A program made the position numbers and the translations under genes. The notes beneath the pieces are model-generated. The model was not told the DNA's origin. It did not search any database and saw nothing but the letters and a program-made list of their open reading frames with translations. From Bacillota bacterium (lineage in GTDB: Bacteria > Bacillota > Clostridia > Peptostreptococcales > Anaerovoracaceae), in the NCBI GenBank assembly GCA_017557505.1, contig JAFYYP010000010.1:2148-66147 (forward strand): 64,000 nucleotides of DNA. Reading direction: 5' to 3'. Below, in pieces: positions 27,592 through 36,755 of this stretch (its first letter is position 1; each line of letters opens with the position of its first letter).

Positions 27592-27938
27592 CAGTAAGCC
27601 TCCAGTTCTTTGATATTGATCTCGTTGCCCCGCAGCAGCCACGTGTCCGGGCTCTGGCAATGGGGGCATATCTTACCGTACTGGACGGTGGGGTATGTTC
27701 TTTTGCAATTCTCGCAGTATGTGACCGCGGGGATCTCTTCGATCTTCAGTTCGGCTTCCTGCAGGACGGGCGGGCGTTTCTTGACGGCCCAGTTCCAGCA
27801 GCGCACCATCTCCGACGTGATGACGCCGGAAACCTCGCCGAATTCCATGGTAACGGAGGCGATTTTCGTCAGTTCGTTCTCTTCTGCCAGCCTTTCGACG
27901 CGGTCCAGCGCGTGGAAGACGATGCCGAGTTCGTGCAT
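27591..27938 (-). CDS. hypA: Hydrogenase nickel-insertion protein HypA
   Basis: N-terminal MHELGI plus the zinc site CENC...CPHC in a 115-aa protein. Confidence 0.9.
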   Translation of the reverse strand: MHELGIVFHALDRVERLAEENELTKIASVTMEFGEVSGVITSEMVRCWNWAVKKRPPVLQEAELKIEEIPAVTYCENCKRTYPTVQYGKICPHCQSPDTWLLRGNEINIKELEAY

Positions 27939-28102
27939 ACAGCCGTTCCTTTCTCAAAACACAAAAATCTTAAGATAATAATAGCGTATTTTATGGGTCG
28001 AGCACAACTATTTTAGACCGCTTTTTATTTACTATTTCGGGAAGTTGTGATATTATAACTTTAACTGTTTTTGTTATATCTTTGTTAGGAGGAAAACAAA
28101 CA

Positions 28103-30385
28103 ATGAGCAAAATGAAAAAGATGCTTGCCATCCTGCTGGCTCTTGCCATGATCTTCGGTCTGGCAGCCTGCACCAGCGGCGGCGGCAGCCAGGGCGGCGG
28201 TTCGGACGAGCCGGAAGAGAGCACGACTCCTCTCGTAGTCGGTTACTCTCCGTTCTCCAGCAAGTTCTCCCCGTTCTTCAGCGAAACCGCGTATGACCAG
28301 GACGTCTATGCCATGACCCAGGTAGGTCTGCTGACTTCCGACCGTACCGGCGCTATCATCTACAAGGGCATCGAAGGCGAGACCATTCCGTACAACGGAA
28401 CGGACTACACCTACTATGGCCCTGCAGATCTGGACGTAGTTGAAAATGCCGACGGCACCGTAGACTACAACTTCAAGCTGAGAGAAGACCTCGTGTTCTC
28501 CGATGGCACTCCGATGACCATCGACGACGTCATCTTCTCCATGTACGTTCTGTGCGACCCGACTTATGACGGTTCTTCCACGCTGTTCGCCCAGCCCATC
28601 ACCGGCATGGCCGAATACAGAAGCGGTATGGAAACCCTGCTGAACCTCATCTACAATGCGGGCAGAGAAAGCACGGACTACACCTACTTCACTGCTGAAC
28701 AGCAGGCTGATTTCTGGGGCAAGTATGATGCCGCTACGCAGGCTCTGGCCCAGGAGATCACCGATTACTGCATCGCGAACTACGGCGACTACGGCGCAGA
28801 AGACGTTCAGACTTCCGCAGCGCTCTGGGGCTTCGACGTTCCCGACAACACCATCGAGGGATTCGCGGCAGCTCTGGAAGATGCTTACGGCGCAGATATT
28901 CAGAACATGATCAACACTGAGAACGCTGGTTCTTCCGTCGACGATCTGTTCCCCAACCTGACGGATTACTCCGCAGCAGGCGTCACCACCGGCGCTTCCG
29001 CTCCGAATATCGCGGGCATCAAGAAGACCGGCGACTACTCCATGACCATCCACATGGACGAAGTCGACGCTACCGCCATCTATCAGCTGGGCGTTTCCAT
29101 CGCTCCGCTGCACTACTATGGCGACAAGGATGCGTATGACTACGACAACAACAACTTCGGTTTCCCCAAGGGCGACCTGTCCAGCGTAAGAGCCAAGACC
29201 ACGCAGCCCATGGGCGCAGGCCCCTACAAGTTCATCAAGTTCGAAAACGGCGTTGTGTACTTCGAGGCGAACGACTCTTACTTCAAGGGCGCTCCCAAGA
29301 CCAAGTACATCAACTTCCAGGAATGCCTGTCCGACGATGACAAGCTGAACGGCGTCATCACCGGCACCATCGATATCACCGATCCGTCCTTCTCCACCGA
29401 TACCATCAACGCGATCGAGAAGGCCAACGGCGGCGAGCTGACCGGCGCAAAGGTCGCGACCAACACGGTCGACAACCTCGGCTACGGCTACATCGGCCTC
29501 AACGCCAAGAACATGTCTGTCGGCGGCGTCAAGGATTCCTATGAATCCAAGTGCCTGAGAAAGGCCTTCGGCACCATCTACAGCGTTTACAGAGACGTAG
29601 CGATCGACTCCTACTATGGAGACAGAGCTTCCGTCATCAACTACCCGATCTCCAACACGTCCTGGGCTGCTCCGCAGTCTACCGACGCCGGCTACAAGCT
29701 TGCGTTCTCCACCGACGTGAACGGAAACGACATCTACACTTCCGACATGGATGCTGACGCCAAGTACGCAGCAGCCAGAGAGGCAGCACTGGGCTTCTTC
29801 GAAGCAGCAGGCTACACCGTCGAAGACGGCAAGTGCGTTGCGGCTCCCGAAGGCGCAGCACTCGAATACGAAGTATGGATCCCGGGCGACGGCTCCGGCG
29901 ACCACCCCTCCTTCATGATCCTGACCGAAGCGTCTGACTCCCTGAAGGAAATCGGCATCAACCTGGTCGTTAAGGACCTCTCCAACTCCTCCGATCTGTG
30001 GACCGGCCTCGAAGCTGAATCCGTACCCATGTGGTGCGCAGCATGGGGCGCCACGGTCGACCCCGACATGTATCAGATCTACTACTCTGACGTTGCCAAC
30101 GGCGGCGCTCAGGCTGGCGGCTCCAACTACATGTACGGCATCGCTGACCCGGATCTCGACCAGATGATCCTCGACGCAAGAAAGTCCACCGACCAGACCT
30201 ACCGTAAGGCGATGTACAAGGCTTGCCTCGACACCATCATCGACTGGGCAGTCGAAATTCCTGTCTATCAGAGACAGAACGCCATCATCTTCTCCGCTGA
30301 GAGAGTAAACCTCGACACCGTTACTCCGGACATCACCACGTTCTATGGCTGGATGAGCGAGATCGAGAACACCGAGCTGAAGTAA
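28103..30385 (+). CDS. ABC transporter substrate-binding lipoprotein, family 5 (Opp/Dpp/Nik type), unusually large (760 aa)
   Basis: The start was reassigned to the ATG at 28103, after aggagg. The lipoprotein signal is MSKMKKMLAILLALAMIFGLAAC. The fold call rests on operon context with Opp-type permeases/ATPases and on general sequence character. Confidence 0.85.
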   Translation: MSKMKKMLAILLALAMIFGLAACTSGGGSQGGGSDEPEESTTPLVVGYSPFSSKFSPFFSETAYDQDVYAMTQVGLLTSDRTGAIIYKGIEGETIPYNGTDYTYYGPADLDVVENADGTVDYNFKLREDLVFSDGTPMTIDDVIFSMYVLCDPTYDGSSTLFAQPITGMAEYRSGMETLLNLIYNAGRESTDYTYFTAEQQADFWGKYDAATQALAQEITDYCIANYGDYGAEDVQTSAALWGFDVPDNTIEGFAAALEDAYGADIQNMINTENAGSSVDDLFPNLTDYSAAGVTTGASAPNIAGIKKTGDYSMTIHMDEVDATAIYQLGVSIAPLHYYGDKDAYDYDNNNFGFPKGDLSSVRAKTTQPMGAGPYKFIKFENGVVYFEANDSYFKGAPKTKYINFQECLSDDDKLNGVITGTIDITDPSFSTDTINAIEKANGGELTGAKVATNTVDNLGYGYIGLNAKNMSVGGVKDSYESKCLRKAFGTIYSVYRDVAIDSYYGDRASVINYPISNTSWAAPQSTDAGYKLAFSTDVNGNDIYTSDMDADAKYAAAREAALGFFEAAGYTVEDGKCVAAPEGAALEYEVWIPGDGSGDHPSFMILTEASDSLKEIGINLVVKDLSNSSDLWTGLEAESVPMWCAAWGATVDPDMYQIYYSDVANGGAQAGGSNYMYGIADPDLDQMILDARKSTDQTYRKAMYKACLDTIIDWAVEIPVYQRQNAIIFSAERVNLDTVTPDITTFYGWMSEIENTELK

Positions 30386-30415
30386 TCGAGTCCATCGTCA
30401 ACAAAGCTTGAATTT

Positions 30416-30458
30416 GCGCCTGCAGCGCAGAGGCCGCGAGGCCTCTTGCGCTGCAGGC
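30416..30458 (+). promoter_or_regulatory. Intercistronic GC-rich stem-loop after the binding-protein gene
   Basis: gcgcctgcagcgcagaggcc / ggcctcttgcgctgcaggc, about 18 bp with one bulge. It is not followed by a clean T-tract. Such hairpins often act as a partial terminator or mRNA stabiliser in ABC operons. Confidence 0.55.
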
Positions 30459-30492
30459 ACAACTGTTTATTCTTACTGTACGGAGGAGACCC

Positions 30493-31479
30493 GTGAAAAA
30501 GTACATTCTGAAGAGATTATTGCTATCCATTGTGATACTCTTCTTCGTCACACTCATTATTTACACGCTGATCCGCTGTCTGCCGACGTCGTACATCGAG
30601 AACATCGCGCGGCAGAAGTCCATGCAGCCCGGCTCCAAGAGCTTCGAGGAATGGATGGAACAGCTGTCAGCCATGTACAATCTCGACACAGGCATCCTGA
30701 CCGGCTTCTTCCGCTGGTGGGGTCAGATGCTCCGCGGAAACTTCGGCGACAGCTGGGTCTACACGATCCCCGTCACCGAGGAGTTCAACAAGACCATCTG
30801 GCTGAGCTTCGTCATGGGCCTGATCACGATGTTCTTCGAGATCATCATCGCCGTTCCCCTCGGCATCATTTCCGCCACGAAACAGTACAGCAAAACGGAC
30901 TACACGATCAGCGTCATCGCCCTTGCGGGCATTTCGCTGCCGACGTTCTTCTTTGCGTCTTTGCTGAAACTGCTGTTCTCCGTCAAGCTGGGCTGGTTCG
31001 ACCTGTTCGGCCTTGTCGGCAGAAATTACGAGCAATTGGACAGCTTCGGCCAGTTCATGGACAAGGCGCACCATCTGGTGCTGCCGTGCGTCACGCTCAT
31101 CGTCATCAGCATCGGCGGTCTGATGCGTTATACGAGAACGAACATGCTGGAAGTGCTGAATTCGGACTACATCCGCACAGCCAGAGCCAAAGGGCTTTCC
31201 GAACGGAAAGTCGTGTTCCATCACGCTTTCCGCAACACGCTCATTCCTCTGGTCACCATCATCGGCGGATCGCTGCCCGGCCTGTTCTCCGGCGCGCTGA
31301 TCACCGAGACGCTGTACGCGATCCCGGGCATCGGCTACGCTTCGTATAAAGCCATGGTCGGCGGCGACATCCCGTTCTCGATGTTCTATTTAACGTTCCT
31401 CGCCATACTGACGCTCCTCGGCAACCTGATCGCGGATATCCTGTACGCGGTCGTCGACCCGAGAGTGCGCATCTCTTAG
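30493..31479 (+). CDS. ABC transporter permease (OppB/DppB/NikB type)
   Basis: GTG start after ggaggag. N-terminal MKKYILKRLLLSIVILFFVTLIIY and the EAA-like region YIRTARAKGLSERKVVFHHAFRN. Confidence 0.9.
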   Translation: MKKYILKRLLLSIVILFFVTLIIYTLIRCLPTSYIENIARQKSMQPGSKSFEEWMEQLSAMYNLDTGILTGFFRWWGQMLRGNFGDSWVYTIPVTEEFNKTIWLSFVMGLITMFFEIIIAVPLGIISATKQYSKTDYTISVIALAGISLPTFFFASLLKLLFSVKLGWFDLFGLVGRNYEQLDSFGQFMDKAHHLVLPCVTLIVISIGGLMRYTRTNMLEVLNSDYIRTARAKGLSERKVVFHHAFRNTLIPLVTIIGGSLPGLFSGALITETLYAIPGIGYASYKAMVGGDIPFSMFYLTFLAILTLLGNLIADILYAVVDPRVRIS

Positions 31480-31495
31480 GAAAGGAGGTTCTGAC

Positions 31496-33073
31496 ATGTC
31501 TGACGAAATCAGAAAAGACGTGCAGGAAGCAGCGGAAACTGCGGAACCTGCAGAAAACAAGGAACCTCAGTATTCCTTAAACGACGACAGACGCGTGAAG
31601 GTCCTTTCTCCGGGCGCCATGGTCGCGAAGCGTTTCTTCCGCAACCGCATCGCCATGGTCGGCCTCGTGATCCTGATCTTCATGTTCGCGTTCTCGTTCA
31701 TCGGAGGCATCATTTCCCCGTATAAGCAGGACCAGCGGTTCTACCGCACGGACTCCCTGAGCAAGGAGTACTGCTCCGCGATCGAGAACAAGGAATTCCG
31801 CTATGCGCAGGCGCCGGACCAGGACTTCTCTTCCATCATCCAGGCGCAGATGGTGCTCGCGACCCAGCAAGGGGTCACCGAGTTCTCCTTCAAGGGCGTC
31901 GATTACGTGATGGAACCGGTCGGTGACGATTTCTACATCGTCAAGCTGGCGAACGGCACCGAGATCGGTCTTGCGTTCAAGAACGTGTTCTCCGAGAGCG
32001 ATCCTTCGTTCAAGGCGGACTATGAATTCTTAAGAGAAGCGCTCACCGCAGACGCGACAGGGGAGAGCAGTTTCACTGCGAACGGAGAATCGTATTCGCT
32101 GGATGAAAACGGCATCGTCATGCAGGGAAGCCGCGAAGTCGGCTACATCAGCCGCTACGTCGTGCAGCCCCTGATGAGCGACGTTTTCCTGACGAGAGAC
32201 TTCAAGGAGCAGCTCCTCGAAGCCCTCGAGACCGGCGACAACGACTTCTTCTTCAAGGACCCCGACGGCGTCGAATCCGAGTATAAGATCGAATACAACG
32301 CCGCGTCCCAGAAGTACACCATCAAGCAGTCCAGAGAGAGCCAGGTATACGATACCTACGCCTCTCCCAGCAAGGAACACTGGCTGGGCACGGACCGCAA
32401 CGGCATGGACATGCTCACCCGTCTGATGTACGGCGGCAGAGTGTCGCTGATCATCGGCTTCATCGTCGAGTTCATCGCGAACTTCATCGGCGTCATCATG
32501 GGCGGCATCTCCGGCTACTTCGGCGGCTGGGTCGACATGCTGATCATGCGTATCGTCGATATCTTCTACTGCATTCCGTCGACGCCCATCCTCATCATTC
32601 TGGGTGCGGCAATGGACGCGCAGATGGTCGACCCGACGGTCCGTATGGTATACCTGATGCTCATCCTGGGCTTCCTGTCCTGGCCGGGCGTTGCCCGCAT
32701 GATCCGCGGACAGATCCTGTCCCTGCGTGAACAGGAATTCATGGTGGCCACGGAAGCGACGGGCATCAAGGTGTCCCGCAGGATCTTCCGCCACCTGGTT
32801 CCCAACGTCATTCCTCTGCTGATCGTTTCCGCCTCCATGGGAATCGGCGGCACCATCATCATGGAAGCGACGCTGTCGTTCCTGGGCCTGGGCGTCAAGT
32901 TCCCGTTCGCCTCCTGGGGCAACATCATCAACGACGTAAACAACACCTTTGTTCTCACGAACTACTGGTTCATCTGGATCCCCGCGGGCGTTCTGCTGCT
33001 GGGCACCGTCCTCGCCTTCAACCTGGTGGGCGACGGCCTGCGCGACGCGTTTGACCCGCGCATGAAGCGTTAG
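31496..33073 (+). CDS. ABC transporter permease (OppC/DppC/NikC type) with a large N-terminal extracytoplasmic insertion
   Basis: The C-terminal half has a typical OppC core (HWLGTDRNGMDMLTRLMYGGRVSL..., ..ATGIKVSRRIFRHLVPN..). About 230 residues lie between TM1 and this core. Confidence 0.85.
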   Translation: MSDEIRKDVQEAAETAEPAENKEPQYSLNDDRRVKVLSPGAMVAKRFFRNRIAMVGLVILIFMFAFSFIGGIISPYKQDQRFYRTDSLSKEYCSAIENKEFRYAQAPDQDFSSIIQAQMVLATQQGVTEFSFKGVDYVMEPVGDDFYIVKLANGTEIGLAFKNVFSESDPSFKADYEFLREALTADATGESSFTANGESYSLDENGIVMQGSREVGYISRYVVQPLMSDVFLTRDFKEQLLEALETGDNDFFFKDPDGVESEYKIEYNAASQKYTIKQSRESQVYDTYASPSKEHWLGTDRNGMDMLTRLMYGGRVSLIIGFIVEFIANFIGVIMGGISGYFGGWVDMLIMRIVDIFYCIPSTPILIILGAAMDAQMVDPTVRMVYLMLILGFLSWPGVARMIRGQILSLREQEFMVATEATGIKVSRRIFRHLVPNVIPLLIVSASMGIGGTIIMEATLSFLGLGVKFPFASWGNIINDVNNTFVLTNYWFIWIPAGVLLLGTVLAFNLVGDGLRDAFDPRMKR

Positions 33074-33087
33074 GAAAGGAGACTGCA

Positions 33088-34239
33088 ATGGCTAAGAAAC
33101 AAGACGGTTACCTTTCCGCGAAGGAGTCCAGACGGATCTCCAAAGAGAACAGAAGGATCACGAACGAATACGAAAAGAAGCGCAAGCGCAAGAACGTGCC
33201 GGAATCCGAATACGTCACGACGATGCGCGATCCGGACAACGCCGTGGAGTTCGACAATCTGCACACCTACTTCTTCACGGACGTGGGCGTGGTCAGATCC
33301 GTCGACGGCGTCACGTTCGACGTGCCCATCGGCAAGACGGTCGGCGTCGTCGGCGAATCCGGCTGCGGCAAGTCCGTTACGAGCCTCTCCCTGATGCAGC
33401 TGCTGCAGCGGCCGCAGGGTCAGACCGTCGAAGGTGAGATCCGTCTCAACCTGAAGGACGGCAAGGCGGTCGACGTGACGAAGGCGCCGGAAGAGTTCAT
33501 GCAGACGCTGCGCGGCAACTACATCTCGATGATCTTCCAGGAACCCATGACCGCGCTGAACCCGGTCTTCCGCATCGGCGACCAGGTGGACGAGGTCATC
33601 GCGCTGCACGACGGCGAAGGCAAGAGCGAAGCGGACATCAAAGCCCGTACGATCGAACTGCTGGAGATGGTCGGCATCGCGAACAGCGAGGGCGTGTACG
33701 CCATGTTCCCGCACGAGCTGTCCGGCGGTATGCGCCAGAGAGTCATGATCGCCATGGCCTTGGCCTGCAACCCGCGCATCATCATCGCGGATGAGCCCAC
33801 GACCGCGCTGGACGTTACGATCCAGGCGCAGATCCTGGACCTGCTGCGCAACCTGAAGGATAAGATCAATTCTTCGATCATGTTCATCACGCACGACCTG
33901 GGCGTCATCGCCGAGATGGCGGACTTCGTCGTCGTCATGTACTCGGGCCGCATCGTGGAAGCGGGTACGGCCGAAGAGGTGTTCCTGCACCCGTGCCACC
34001 CGTATACCATCGGCCTGATGGCCAGTAAGCCCGTGGTCGGCAAGAAAGTCGACAAGCTGTATTCCATCCCGGGCAAGGTGCCCAATCCCATCAACATGCC
34101 GGACTACTGCTACTTCAAGGACCGCTGCGAGATGCAGCTGCCGTGCTGCACCGGAGAATATCCGCACTACGTGTACGTCAGCCCGACCCACAGAGTAGCC
34201 TGCTACCGGTATTATGAAGACCAGAAGGGAGGGGAGTAA
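33088..34239 (+). CDS. ABC transporter ATP-binding protein (OppD/DppD type)
   Basis: Walker A GESGCGKS, signature LSGGMRQR, Walker B IIIADEPTTALD. A basic N-terminal extension of about 50 aa. Confidence 0.9.
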   Translation: MAKKQDGYLSAKESRRISKENRRITNEYEKKRKRKNVPESEYVTTMRDPDNAVEFDNLHTYFFTDVGVVRSVDGVTFDVPIGKTVGVVGESGCGKSVTSLSLMQLLQRPQGQTVEGEIRLNLKDGKAVDVTKAPEEFMQTLRGNYISMIFQEPMTALNPVFRIGDQVDEVIALHDGEGKSEADIKARTIELLEMVGIANSEGVYAMFPHELSGGMRQRVMIAMALACNPRIIIADEPTTALDVTIQAQILDLLRNLKDKINSSIMFITHDLGVIAEMADFVVVMYSGRIVEAGTAEEVFLHPCHPYTIGLMASKPVVGKKVDKLYSIPGKVPNPINMPDYCYFKDRCEMQLPCCTGEYPHYVYVSPTHRVACYRYYEDQKGGE

Positions 34240-34241
34240 GC

Positions 34242-35258
34242 ATGAGCGAAGAGATCAAGAGCACATACACTCCCGTGGAATATGACGATCAGTACATCCT
34301 GATGGTCAACGGCCTGAAGAAGCATTTCCCCATCAAGGGCGGTATGTTTTCGCAGACCGTCGGCTGGGTCAAGGCTGTGGACGGCGTCACGTTCAATCTG
34401 AAGCGCGGCACCACCATGGGCCTTGTCGGCGAATCCGGCTGCGGCAAGACCACGGTCGGAAGGACGATTTTAAGGCTTACAGACTCGAAAACGGACGGGC
34501 AGGTATTATTTAACGGCAAAGAGGTCTACGACCTTCCTAAGGACGAATTAAGGGCCTTACGGCCGAAGATGCAGATCATCTTCCAGGATCCGTTTTCCAG
34601 CCTGTCCCCGAGACTGCCGGTCGGCGAGATCATCGGCGAAGCCGTGCGCGAGCACAACCTCGTGCCCGAAGCGGAGTACGACGATTACATCGACCACGTC
34701 ATGGACCAGTGCGGCCTGCAGCCGTTCCACAAGGACCGCTATCCGCACGAGTTCTCCGGCGGTCAGCGCCAGAGGATCTGCATCGCCAGAGCTCTCGCGC
34801 TCAGCCCGGAATTCATCGTGTGCGACGAGCCGGTCTCCGCGCTGGACGTTTCGATCCAGGCGCAGATCATCAACCTGCTGGAAGAACTGCAGAACGAACA
34901 TAAGCTGAGCTACCTGTTCATCTCCCACGACCTGTCCGTCGTCGAGCACATCTCCGACGCGGTCGGCGTCATGTACCTGGGCAACCTGGTGGAATACGGC
35001 GACAAAGCGGATATCTTCCGCAACCCGCTGCACCCCTACACCGAGGCGCTGTTCTCGGCTATCCCGGTGCCCGATCCGACGGTGAAGATGAACCGCATCG
35101 TGCTGCAGGGCAGCATTCCTTCCCCGGCCAATCCGCCGGAAGGGTGCAAATTCCACACGCGCTGCGCGAAATGCATGGAGAAGTGCAAGCACGAGGCGCC
35201 TGTCCAGAAAGAGATGGAACCGGGCCACTTCGTAGCGTGCCACCTGTACGATGAATAG
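34242..35258 (+). CDS. ABC transporter ATP-binding protein (OppF/DppF type)
   Basis: Walker A GESGCGKT, signature FSGGQRQR, Walker B FIVCDEPVSALD. Confidence 0.9.
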   Translation: MSEEIKSTYTPVEYDDQYILMVNGLKKHFPIKGGMFSQTVGWVKAVDGVTFNLKRGTTMGLVGESGCGKTTVGRTILRLTDSKTDGQVLFNGKEVYDLPKDELRALRPKMQIIFQDPFSSLSPRLPVGEIIGEAVREHNLVPEAEYDDYIDHVMDQCGLQPFHKDRYPHEFSGGQRQRICIARALALSPEFIVCDEPVSALDVSIQAQIINLLEELQNEHKLSYLFISHDLSVVEHISDAVGVMYLGNLVEYGDKADIFRNPLHPYTEALFSAIPVPDPTVKMNRIVLQGSIPSPANPPEGCKFHTRCAKCMEKCKHEAPVQKEMEPGHFVACHLYDE

Positions 35259-35559
35259 CGAAGAAGAGCTGCGCAAAGACGCGGAAGAATTAGACGAAGA
35301 CATGGTCGTCGCGGACATGAGCGGTCTCGCTCCGAAGCGCCCCATCCTGTTCCCGGTGTTCGACGCCGGCAAGCAGATGGACGCGCAGAAGGAACAGGTT
35401 CGTGCCAAGTCCGAACAGCCCCCGGTCGACATCGACCGGGAGGGACGGCTGGCGGCCGTGAAAGGCGCTCTGGGCGCCACGCTGCTGATCTGGCTGGTGT
35501 ACGCCGTCGGATTCGGCATCTTCATCTTTGTGCTGACGAGATTGTTCAAATTGTTATAG
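35251..35559 (+). CDS. Hypothetical small protein with a C-terminal membrane anchor
   Basis: Its start overlaps the end of the upstream ATPase gene (ATGAATAG). It has an acidic N-terminus and a C-terminal hydrophobic helix LLIWLVYAVGFGIFIFVLT. I recognise no family. Confidence 0.45.
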   Translation: MNSEEELRKDAEELDEDMVVADMSGLAPKRPILFPVFDAGKQMDAQKEQVRAKSEQPPVDIDREGRLAAVKGALGATLLIWLVYAVGFGIFIFVLTRLFKLL

Positions 35560-35566
35560 GCAAACG

Positions 35567-35609
35567 AAAAGACCCGCCTGAAGTCCAGGCGGGTCTTGTT
35601 TCGCTTTTT
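35567..35609. terminator. Bidirectional Rho-independent terminator
   Basis: Stem aaaagacccgcctg/caggcgggtctt, flanked by an A-tract on one side and gtttcgcttttt on the other. It sits between convergent genes. Confidence 0.7.
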
Positions 35610-35618
35610 GGAAAGATT

Positions 35619-36665
35619 TTATCCTTCGCAGTTGTAATCCGCGCAATCTGCTGCTTCCTCGCATCCTTCGCAGACGCCGTCGCATTCCTCTTCGATGACG
35701 CCGTAGTCGTACTCGGCGAATTCGATCAGGTCTTCGAGCGGGTCATGCTCGGTAATGTGCAGCGAGAGCACGTCCGGTCTGGAGTAGTGGCCGGTCGCGT
35801 CGAATTCCATGCGGCTGGCGGGCACCTGCTGCATGTCGAGGTCGGCGTAGATGATCTTGTCCTTATCCCAGACGGGCTTTGTCAGGTAGTGGCCATACGG
35901 GTCGATGACCGCGGAGCCGCCGTTGCAGGGCCGCTCGGGCAGATTCTCGTATTCATGCGGGCAGTGGAAATCCTTCGGATAGTCGTCTCTGTGGAAGTTC
36001 TGGTTCGCGTGGATCACGTAGCAGTGGCCCTCGATGGCGATGTGCTTGATCGTATCGTGCCATTCGGGGTTGTTGTTCGTGTTGGGCGCCAGGTAGATCG
36101 TGACGCCTTTTTCGTACAGCGCGACGCGCGCCAGCGGCATGTAGTTCTCCCAGCAGATGAGGGCGCCGATGTTGCCCCAGGGCGTTTCGACGATGGGAAA
36201 TTCGCCCTTGTTGCCGTCGCCCCAGCACAGGCGTTCCGCGCCGGTCGGCTTGAGTTTTCTGTGGCGGGCCAGCAGAGCGCCGTCCGGTCCGAAGATCAGG
36301 TTCGTGCAGTACAGCGTGGCGTTCTCGACGGCTCTTTCGGTGATGCCGATAGAGACGTAGGCGCCGGCCTGGGCTGCGGCGTCCGCCAGACGGTCGGTAT
36401 CTTCGCTCGGTACGACGACGGAGTTATCGTAATAGACCTTCCAGTCCAGTCTGCCGTACTTGTCTCTGTTGCCTACGGTAAAGCCGAACGTGAGGCCGAA
36501 CGGATAGCAGGGGATGTAGCTCTCGGGGAAGACGATCAGTTCCGCGCCTTTGTTGCCGGCTTCGATGATCTCCTTGCAGGCCTTTTCGATGGTCGCAGCT
36601 TTGTCGAACATCACGGGGCCGGCCTGGACGATGGCGATCCGGCAGGTATCTTTCAGGTCTTTCAT
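35619..36665 (-). CDS. Nitrilase / carbon-nitrogen hydrolase family protein with a Cys/acid-rich C-terminal tail
   Basis: Catalytic Glu-Lys-Cys contexts LIVFPESYIP, HRKLKPT and LICWENYMPLAR. Confidence 0.85.
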   Translation of the reverse strand: MKDLKDTCRIAIVQAGPVMFDKAATIEKACKEIIEAGNKGAELIVFPESYIPCYPFGLTFGFTVGNRDKYGRLDWKVYYDNSVVVPSEDTDRLADAAAQAGAYVSIGITERAVENATLYCTNLIFGPDGALLARHRKLKPTGAERLCWGDGNKGEFPIVETPWGNIGALICWENYMPLARVALYEKGVTIYLAPNTNNNPEWHDTIKHIAIEGHCYVIHANQNFHRDDYPKDFHCPHEYENLPERPCNGGSAVIDPYGHYLTKPVWDKDKIIYADLDMQQVPASRMEFDATGHYSRPDVLSLHITEHDPLEDLIEFAEYDYGVIEEECDGVCEGCEEAADCADYNCEG

Positions 36666-36755
36666 ATGGTTCTCCTTATTGCGAAAATAGGGTATAATTG
36701 ATTACAGTATCATTATATCGGTTTTGCTTACAGGCGACAACACGAAAGGGACCCT

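Noticed and set aside
28085-36701. Long alternative ORFs over the ABC operon and nitrilase: 28085-29905(-), 30408-31349(+), 32030-33088(-), 33070-34191(-), 34557-35549(-) and 35745-36701(+).
   Set aside because: They overlap genes with Walker/signature/permease/nitrilase motifs. Their translations are compositionally biased and lack motifs.
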